Notes under the pieces: generated by a model
Databases searched by the model: none
What the model saw: the letters and a program-made list of their open reading frames with translations, nothing else
What the model was told of the DNA's origin: nothing
Position numbers and translations under genes: made by a program
Shown here: positions 37,680 through 43,952 of the stretch, piece by piece
Layout of the letters: each line of letters begins with the position of its first letter
Numbering within the stretch: the stretch's first letter is position 1
NCBI GenBank assembly: GCA_019358915.1
Contig: JAHHIM010000032.1
Coordinates: forward strand, 1-43,952
From: Trichormus sp. ATA11-4-KO1
GTDB lineage: Bacteria > Cyanobacteriota > Cyanobacteriia > Cyanobacteriales > Nostocaceae
DNA: 43,952 bases
Reading direction: 5' to 3'

Positions 37680-38033
37680 ATGGAATGTCCACGTTGTAAT
37701 TCTCATCATATCCGTAAGAACGGCAAACAAAGAGGTAAACAGAACTACATTTGTGCAGATTGTGGTCGTCAATTCATTGAATATCATAATCAAAAGGGAT
37801 ACAGTGATAAAATTAAACGAGAATGCTTAGAAATGTATGTTAATGGCTCTGGGTTCCGTGCCATAGAAAGAGTAAAAAAAGTGCATCACACAACGGTAAT
37901 ATATTGGGTGAAACAAGTCGGTAGTCAGTTACCAAAAAATCCGGAAACCACAGAAATACCCGAAATAACTGAAATTGATGAATTAGAAACTTTTGTGGGG
38001 TCAAAAAAAACAAAATCTGGATATGGAGTGTAG
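37680..38033 (+). CDS. insA: IS1 InsA (Zn ribbon plus HTH)
   Basis: CPRC...KNG...QNYICADCGRQF; A8C slippery site at 38003-38011. Confidence 0.9.
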   Translation: MECPRCNSHHIRKNGKQRGKQNYICADCGRQFIEYHNQKGYSDKIKRECLEMYVNGSGFRAIERVKKVHHTTVIYWVKQVGSQLPKNPETTEIPEITEIDELETFVGSKKTKSGYGV

Positions 38034-38398
38034 TCAATCACAAGACTTCGGGGATTTTAGGATGGGTTTTAGGAGATAGAAGTGCAGAAACTTTTAAACG
38101 ATTGTGGCAGAGAATTAAGGCGTGGGATTCATATTTTTATGTAACGGATGGTTATCCGGTTTATCCGGGTTTTATAAATCAAGAAGACCATCTTGTTAGT
38201 AAAACCTATATGACACGAGTAGAAGGTGAAAACAGCAGATTAAGACATTACTTGGCTCGATTACATCGAAAAACTTTTTGCTATTCTAAGTCCGTAGAAA
38301 TGCTGGAACTCTCTATTAGATTGTTAGTTTATTATCTCAAGCATCACTGTATTCCACTGCGAGAGCAAAACCCCCGCGAGAATATGGCGAGCACATAA
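38003..38398 (+). CDS. insB: IS1 InsB, reached by -1 frameshift
   Basis: KKNKIWIW...GDRSAETF...TDGYPVY...EGENSRLRHYLARLHRKT in the -1 frame. Confidence 0.88.
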   Translation, partial: KKNKIWIWSVVNHKTSGILGWVLGDRSAETFKRLWQRIKAWDSYFYVTDGYPVYPGFINQEDHLVSKTYMTRVEGENSRLRHYLARLHRKTFCYSKSVEMLELSIRLLVYYLKHHCIPLREQNPRENMAST

Positions 38399-38465
38399 TT
38401 CATATTATGATTCAGCAACGCCGAAAAATAATGAATAATCTAGTTAACCAGTCGATAGATGAAGG

Positions 38466-38638
38466 CATCTGGTTATCTCACTCAATCAATTCATCCAATC
38501 GGGTGAGTCAGTCGTGGGAAGTTTCTATTTAAAAACTGCCTTTATGATGCAACCATGAAATTCAAAAAGGCATTGAAGTTTATGCAAATTTTATTGACTG
38601 ATACTCAATTAAAATCAAACCTTTATTGGAGAAAATAA
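38466..38638 (+). repeat. Duplicated leader plus small ORF (MKFKKALKFM..., 38555-38638), copy 1
   Basis: Homologous to 43223-43390. Confidence 0.75.
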
Positions 38639-38710
38639 AAAATCAAAAACTCTAATTTTGAACGCAATATCTTGCTACACCAATTCTTTATTTGCAATTA
38701 ACGGTAAATT

Positions 38711-39316
38711 ATGAACTATCAACTTTTCCAGAATACATCTTTCAAGTTGGTACCAACTTTTCTCGCTGTGTCTACACTGATGATGACTTCTATCGGACCA
38801 GCCTTAGCTAATAATCAAGTTCAAATTGTAGGTGCAAACTATGGTGGTAACGGTTGCCCTGAAGGGTCTGCTAGTGTCAGCCTTAGCCCTGATGGTCAAG
38901 AGCTAAGTATTCTTTTTGATAAGTTTATAGCTTTGGGGAATAATACATCAGAAAGACGCAAAAGTTGTAATTTGAGTATTCCCATTAAAGTACCCCAAGG
39001 CTTTCAAATTTCTTTATACGACGCTGATTATCGGGGTTATGTTGCTCCTGCCACTACTGGAAATCTAAGAGCAGAGTACTTTTTTGCCGGACAGCGTGGA
39101 CCTGTTTTTTCTAGAACTTTTAAAGGTGAAACTGACTACAACGTTCGAGATCAATTAGTAACTGTAGGTGATATCTGGTCAAGCTGTGGCGATAGTGTAA
39201 ATATGCGGGTAAATGCTGCGATGACTGCCAATGGTCAAGGGATGGCGACCGTTGACTCCTTTGATCTCACCCACCGGGGGTTGGTTTATCACATCAAATA
39301 TCGCCAGTGTCGGTAA
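38711..39316 (+). CDS. DUF4360 secreted protein
   Basis: Signal peptide ending ALA; YGGNGCP, RKSCNL, DYRGY motifs. Confidence 0.88.
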   Translation: MNYQLFQNTSFKLVPTFLAVSTLMMTSIGPALANNQVQIVGANYGGNGCPEGSASVSLSPDGQELSILFDKFIALGNNTSERRKSCNLSIPIKVPQGFQISLYDADYRGYVAPATTGNLRAEYFFAGQRGPVFSRTFKGETDYNVRDQLVTVGDIWSSCGDSVNMRVNAAMTANGQGMATVDSFDLTHRGLVYHIKYRQCR

Positions 39317-39550
39317 CTAAATGATGTTGACTCCTCGGTTTATAGGCGTTCTCTACAGTACTCGGTAAGCAACTGGCAATTGGGTGGGATTTGTGAGACT
39401 AGAGGTAATCCATCCCTCAGAAAACGAAGCTGATTGTCTCAGTAACCCGGCTGATATCTCAATTAAAACTGCCACTGCCAAATTTTGGCTGCCAAATTGC
39501 CAAAATGTCACCTAATGTTCGTAGCCACATATCCCATCATCGTCGCAATT

Positions 39551-39574
39551 AAAACCCCACTTGTAACAGTGGGG
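39551..39574 (-). terminator. Intrinsic terminator (minus strand)
   Basis: CCCCACT-6-AGTGGGG hairpin followed by TTTT on the minus strand. Confidence 0.55.
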
Positions 39575-39608
39575 AATATAATTTAGGTCAGCTAAGGAGG
39601 TATATCTT

Positions 39609-39622
39609 GGTACTAATGTACT
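39609..39622. promoter_or_regulatory. Cyanobacterial LexA box 1
   Basis: GGTAC-TAA-TGTACT fits RGTACNNNDGTWCB; TATAAT follows at 39624-29. Confidence 0.65.
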
Positions 39623-39698
39623 ATATAATCTGTAGCTGTTCAAGTTGTCTCTTGGTATCAGTGATTACTGATGCTCTTGCTTTGTTCTTTCTTTATAT

Positions 39699-39712
39699 AG
39701 TACATTTGTTCT
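39699..39712. promoter_or_regulatory. Cyanobacterial LexA box 2
   Basis: AGTAC-ATT-TGTTCT fits RGTACNNNDGTWCB. Confidence 0.65.
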
Positions 39713-39734
39713 ATAAGTTCCTGGTTCTGATTTC

Positions 39735-39762
39735 CCCCACCTCATCCGTGGGGTTTTTGTTT
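39735..39762 (+). terminator. Intrinsic terminator (plus strand)
   Basis: CCCCAC-7-GTGGGG then TTTTTGTTT. Confidence 0.6.
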
Positions 39763-39783
39763 ATCTTCTGATTTTCAGGGCAT

Positions 39784-39966
39784 TTAAGAGGTTTGGGTTT
39801 TCATCGCCATAATTCTCATTGCCACTGCTTCAGGTACGGGAATCACTGATAAGCGATTACCTGGTCTGACTACCATTAGTTCTTCAGGGCTAAACTCTTG
39901 TTTGAGTGTTGACAACAAGATAGGTTGGTCAAAACTTTCCACGAATTCTACAATGACTGTTTGCCA
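39784..39966 (-). pseudogene. C-terminal remnant of an EVE-domain protein, truncated by IS66
   Basis: WQTVIVEFVESF...LSTLK...VRPGNRLSVIPV; ends at the IS66 left end. Confidence 0.7.
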
Positions 39967-40857
39967 GTAAGCGTTCAGGGGGATAAAAGAAAGAGAACCA
40001 AAGGTTACCCCCAAAATCTGATAAATTAAGTGGCATGGAACAGAAGTGCGTCAATCACTTAGAACAGATACCACCAGAAGATTGGGGTAAAACTCCAACC
40101 AGCGTCAAAAAACTGGTGGAGAAAATGGCGCATCAAATAGAACAGCAGGAAAGGAAACTAACGGAAGTCCTGACAGTTCAAGAACAATTATTGGAAAAAA
40201 TTAATCGGACATCAGAGAACTCATCATCACCACCATCAAGTGACCCACCGGGATTTGGAAAAAAGCCTGTAAAACAGAAAAGCAGCAAAAAACGAGGGGG
40301 TCAACCAGGTCATAAAGGAAATAGCCGCGACTTATACCCCATAGAAGAATGTAGCGAAGTTATAGACCATCATCCAGAAGAATGTGGAAATTGTGGAGCT
40401 AACCTCACGGGAGTTGATACAAACCCCTATCGTCACCAAATAGTAGAAATACCACCCATCAGTCCCATAGTCAGAGAACATCGTCTACATCAATTGACCT
40501 GTAGATGTGTTTATTTGTGACTACTGTTGGTGTTGAACCCACTAATAATGCCGCAGAACGAGCTATTCGTCCTGCTGTTATCTGGCGACGGACTAGTTTT
40601 GGCTCTCAAACTAAGACAGGTAGTGTTTTTGTGGCTCGGATGTTAACTGTGGTGACAACTCTCAAGTCTCAAAAGCGTCATGTTTTTGAGTTTCTGACTC
40701 AGGCTGTTGTTGCGGCTCGTGGTGGTACAACTGCTCCTTCTTTGATTCCAGAAACTGCTACTTGTTCTGATGATTCTGACTTGTTGAAAGCTGCTTAATT
40801 TTATTGCTGGATTTTGGGGGTTGTTTTTCGTCTTCTTTACACCCCCTGAACGGTTAC
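39967..40857 (+). mobile_element. IS66-family element with an internal deletion
   Basis: Ends GTAAGCGTTCAGGGG / CCCCTGAACGGTTAC; no 8-bp TSD. Confidence 0.88.
40035..40798 (+). pseudogene. IS66 transposase N- and C-terminal fragments
   Basis: NSSSPPSSD, GGQPGHKG, PTNNAAERAIR motifs; central catalytic region missing at ~40510. Confidence 0.88.
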
Positions 40858-40907
40858 GTTATCGCTACAATTTGACATGATGACTAAGAGGATGAACGAA
40901 AGCATCT

Positions 40908-41582
40908 ATGAGTGAGGAACTCAAGCGACTAAAGCTGCAAATTCTGATTGTTGAAGATGACCCAATGATGCGGATTGGGTTAAAACATACACTCTCTACC
41001 TATCCTCAATTGGAAATTGTGGGTATAGCAGAGGACGGATATTTGGGTGTAGAGATGGCGATCGCTCTCCAGCCTGATGTAATAGTAATGGATGTGGGAA
41101 TGCCACACATGGATGGAATTGCGGCTACACAAGAAGTTAAAAAAGTTTTACCTGATGTGAAAATTGTCATGCTCACTTCCCATACCTCGCAAACGGAGGT
41201 AGTGGCAGCACTTTCAAGCGGTGCTGATGGCTATTGTGTCAAAGGAACTAGTGCAGAGCAGTTAGTCAAAGCAATTGATGTAATTTATCAAGGAGCTACT
41301 TACTTAGATGCACAAGTAGCTAAAACCGTAGTTGAGCAACTCAAACCTGTCACTCCGGCGACTAAAACCACTCAGTCTATTTCTCATACAACATTATCAG
41401 AACGGGAATTAGAGGTACTACGCTTAATTGTTGAAGGTTACAGCAATCCAGAAATAGCTAAAGAGTTATACCTAAGTGAGAATACAATCAAAACCCATGT
41501 TAGAGGCATTATGAATAAGTTGTTAGTGAATGACCGGGTGCAAGCGGCTGTAGTAGCTCTGCGAACCGGTTTAATGTCGTAA
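40908..41582 (+). CDS. NarL/LuxR-family response regulator
   Basis: ILIVEDD, PDVIVMDVGMP, LSERELEVL...NTIKTHV motifs. Confidence 0.95.
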   Translation: MSEELKRLKLQILIVEDDPMMRIGLKHTLSTYPQLEIVGIAEDGYLGVEMAIALQPDVIVMDVGMPHMDGIAATQEVKKVLPDVKIVMLTSHTSQTEVVAALSSGADGYCVKGTSAEQLVKAIDVIYQGATYLDAQVAKTVVEQLKPVTPATKTTQSISHTTLSERELEVLRLIVEGYSNPEIAKELYLSENTIKTHVRGIMNKLLVNDRVQAAVVALRTGLMS

Positions 41583-41589
41583 AACACTT

Positions 41590-42921
41590 TTAGATAGGCA
41601 GGGTGAACCAAAAAGTAGCACCGTTTCCTGGACTGCTTGTCACACCAATCTTTCCGCCATGAGCTGTGACAATTTGCCGACAGATATAAAGACCTAATCC
41701 TAAACCGAGGGATTGACGATTATTTGGTCCACGAGTGTAGAGTTCAAACAAGCGATCGCCCTGTTGTTGTGTCATCCCAATTCCATTATCTTGAACAGTA
41801 CAACAGATTTGGTGCTTGAGATTTTCTTCAACTGCGTCCAATGTCAGCCTGATTCCCGCTCGGTTATAGCGTAAGGCATTCAAAATTAAGTTTTCATATA
41901 CCCGCCGCAGATGTAGGGCATCAGCCTTGACAAAGGGTAAATTCGTGGGAATTTTATATATGACTGTGGTGTTTGCTTGCTGAATAAAGGGTTGCAAATC
42001 TGTGATTACGGATTGCACTAGCTCATGCAGTTTCACGGGTTGCTGATGTAGCACAATCCCATGTACTTCGGTTTCGTGGGCTTCTAATAGAGAGTTAATT
42101 AAAGCAACTTGTCTATCTCCACTCTCTATGATTTGATGAAGTAATTCTTGGGGAATTTGTGCTGTGTGTTGCTCAGGATGCCAAAAAGTTTTGAGAGTCA
42201 TCACCATCCCAATTACCGGATTGCGTAAATCATGAGAGACAGCATGGAGAAAAACCCGGATCTGTTGACGTAATTCAAATTCACGTTGCAGCGATCGCTC
42301 ATATAAAAATACGCCAATATCAGCTACAGAACAAATCAGTATTGTATAAAATATACCTACAGTGTATGCAGCAGAGACAATTGTGTGTGGGTCACGCCAA
42401 CCAATCATTAAGGTGATGGCACAATATCCAATCACAGTTACTTGTGAGATGAGATGCGCTCGCCAATTTACCGGAACCAAAATAGCTTGAATCGCATAAA
42501 ACAAAATCCACACATTTGCATCAAAGCTGGCTTGTCCTTTTAGAGTGGCGATGACTTGAGACGGCATCAATATCAATCCACTCAACAGCAAAAACATCTT
42601 TTCTGGAAACTTTTGAAATATATAAGATTTAGCTAATAACAAATAAATCCCTGTACCTAAAATTTGACAGACTGCAACTTTTAAATACTCACGCATTCGC
42701 TCTGCACTAAAAGCCAGTTTTGTGTCACCAGAAGCATTCAAGCTAGGAATTGTAATAGTTACATTTAAAATTAGCACCATGATTAAAACAATCAGAAAAA
42801 CCCAAGCCAGTAATTGAATTCGATTTAAAAAAAATTGCTGTCGCCATGTCCAAAATTCTGACGAAATGATGGCAAGAGAAGATTTTTTCTTACTTTTGAA
42901 CTGATTTAAAATTTGACTCAC
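41590..42921 (-). CDS. Membrane sensor histidine kinase
   Basis: About six TM segments; HAVSHDLRNP; NALRY, DNGIG, GLGLGL boxes. Confidence 0.95.
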   Translation of the reverse strand: MSQILNQFKSKKKSSLAIISSEFWTWRQQFFLNRIQLLAWVFLIVLIMVLILNVTITIPSLNASGDTKLAFSAERMREYLKVAVCQILGTGIYLLLAKSYIFQKFPEKMFLLLSGLILMPSQVIATLKGQASFDANVWILFYAIQAILVPVNWRAHLISQVTVIGYCAITLMIGWRDPHTIVSAAYTVGIFYTILICSVADIGVFLYERSLQREFELRQQIRVFLHAVSHDLRNPVIGMVMTLKTFWHPEQHTAQIPQELLHQIIESGDRQVALINSLLEAHETEVHGIVLHQQPVKLHELVQSVITDLQPFIQQANTTVIYKIPTNLPFVKADALHLRRVYENLILNALRYNRAGIRLTLDAVEENLKHQICCTVQDNGIGMTQQQGDRLFELYTRGPNNRQSLGLGLGLYICRQIVTAHGGKIGVTSSPGNGATFWFTLPI

Positions 42922-43311
42922 AATTATTTTTATTAGTAAAGGTGGGTAGATTTTATCTATAAAAAAGTATTTAAACTTGAGAATTAATTATATAATTTTT
43001 CCTAAATAACTGAGTATACCCAAATCTTATTTACAAAAATTAGTGGCTTTTAAAATGTACCTCACTAGGTCGAAAACTGCTATATTATTGCATTTATCCA
43101 AAATTAATTTTAATTTTATTATCTTGTTTTGCATAATATTTAGTAATTAGTAAGTTTAATTTTATTAATTACAAAGCTTTATCAACTTCACCCAATCGGG
43201 TTAACCTTTCGGTGGATTGAGCCATCTGGTTATCTCACTCAATCGATTCCCACAATCAAGTGAGTCAATTGTGGGAAGTTTACCTTTAATGCCTGCCTTT
43301 ATGATTCAGAC

Positions 43312-43512
43312 ATGAAATTCAAACAGGCGTTGAAATTTATGCACATTCTCTTCATTAAACCTAAATTAAAACTCAACCCTCTTTGGCGACGGAACACCGC
43401 ATCCAAATTTAATGAAAAGCATCTTGATCATCATGAAACTAGGATGCAGCAAAATCAAGTTGTTGAGCATTTACGTCAGATGGAAGCTAATTATTTTCTA
43501 GAACGTAAGTAA
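43312..43512 (+). CDS. Small hypothetical protein; paralog of the 38555 ORF
   Basis: MKFKQALKFMHIL...LWRR shares its N-terminus with 38555-38638. Confidence 0.5.
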   Translation: MKFKQALKFMHILFIKPKLKLNPLWRRNTASKFNEKHLDHHETRMQQNQVVEHLRQMEANYFLERK

Positions 43513-43585
43513 AACCTTTTGGTAGACGAGAAAATGTCTTTCTAAATTACGAATTATTACGATATCTTTAACTTGGAGAAAAATT

Positions 43586-43952
43586 ATGCAGCTAAACCGG
43601 AGAAATTATACTTGTATATCTGTATTACTTTTGGGGGTAATAGGAAGTGCTGTGCAGTTATCAAACCCTGTAATGGCTGGAGAATCAATCCGGCTGTGTA
43701 TGCGAAACCTAATGAACGATGGTATTTCTGAAACAAATGCTGCGATCGCTTGTCGTCATCAGCAAGATAGCCATCAACGAGACAGTAATTGGGGTAAATA
43801 TAGAAATAGAAACAGAGGTAGATACTTAGATATACAGGCGAGGTCTGGGCCGACACCGGAAGGACGTTGGCGTTATTCAGCTCCTGGTGTGCCTTATGAT
43901 GCCATGCGCCGAGCTGGTTGTGAACATATCAAAGCAGATGATTGGCGCTGTC
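43586..43952 (+). CDS. Secreted Cys-containing hypothetical protein (runs off the window)
   Basis: GGAG RBS; MQLNRRNYTCISVLLLGVIGSAVQLSNPVMA-GESIRLC...AIAC...; no stop before the edge. Confidence 0.7.
   Translation, partial: MQLNRRNYTCISVLLLGVIGSAVQLSNPVMAGESIRLCMRNLMNDGISETNAAIACRHQQDSHQRDSNWGKYRNRNRGRYLDIQARSGPTPEGRWRYSAPGVPYDAMRRAGCEHIKADDWRC

Larger units (their letters stand above)
37641..38422 (+). mobile_element. IS1-family element, apparently intact
   Basis: IRs GGCGTTGC... / ...GCAACGCC; 8-bp TSD GAAAAATA (37633-40, 38423-30). Confidence 0.95.

Noticed and set aside
37241..37681. 146-aa minus-strand ORF
   Set aside because: Starts inside the IS1 end, crosses decayed DNA and has no motif.
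43584..43856. Minus-strand 90-aa ORF
   Set aside because: Antisense to a plus-strand ORF that has an RBS and signal peptide.
1..43952. rRNA or tRNA genes
   Set aside because: None recognised by eye; tRNAscan-SE or Infernal would be needed to exclude them.

Overview
Accessory DNA from a filamentous cyanobacterium (Nostocales-like: many HIP1 GCGATCGC octamers, 7-8 nt tandem repeats), probably a plasmid or integrated plasmid-like element. (1) 1-20.4 kb: an all-minus-strand redox/detoxification array (2 SDRs, DUF5996, zf-UBP, cupin, 2 near-identical YcaC-like hydrolases, 2 pirins, flavodoxin-like reductase, non-heme haloperoxidase-type hydrolase, quinone oxidoreductase, DsbA-like). It lies downstream of a NarL regulator and a ~2360-aa Ser/Thr kinase-AAA-GAF-5xPAS-HisKA_3 sensor, is littered with gene stubs, and is clipped at the left edge by a TGT-ended transposon end. 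(2) 20.5-28.7 kb: XRE repressor with a divergent operon ending in a CyRepA1-type replication protein. (3) 28.8-44 kb: dead IS630, AraC/CMD/SDR genes, a 198-bp Tn7-like mini element, OM beta-barrel, PIN toxin pair, tyrosine recombinase, four-helix-bundle gene in a 35-bp inverted octamer stem, intact IS1, DUF4360, a palindromic double-LexA-box locus, deleted IS66, a convergent two-component pair and a secreted protein. The most unusual signals are a family of elements bounded by inverted tandem repeats (one carrying a four-helix-bundle gene), 22-26 nt micro-insertions that break genes, and the LexA antisense locus. All family calls come from motif recognition, not database searches.
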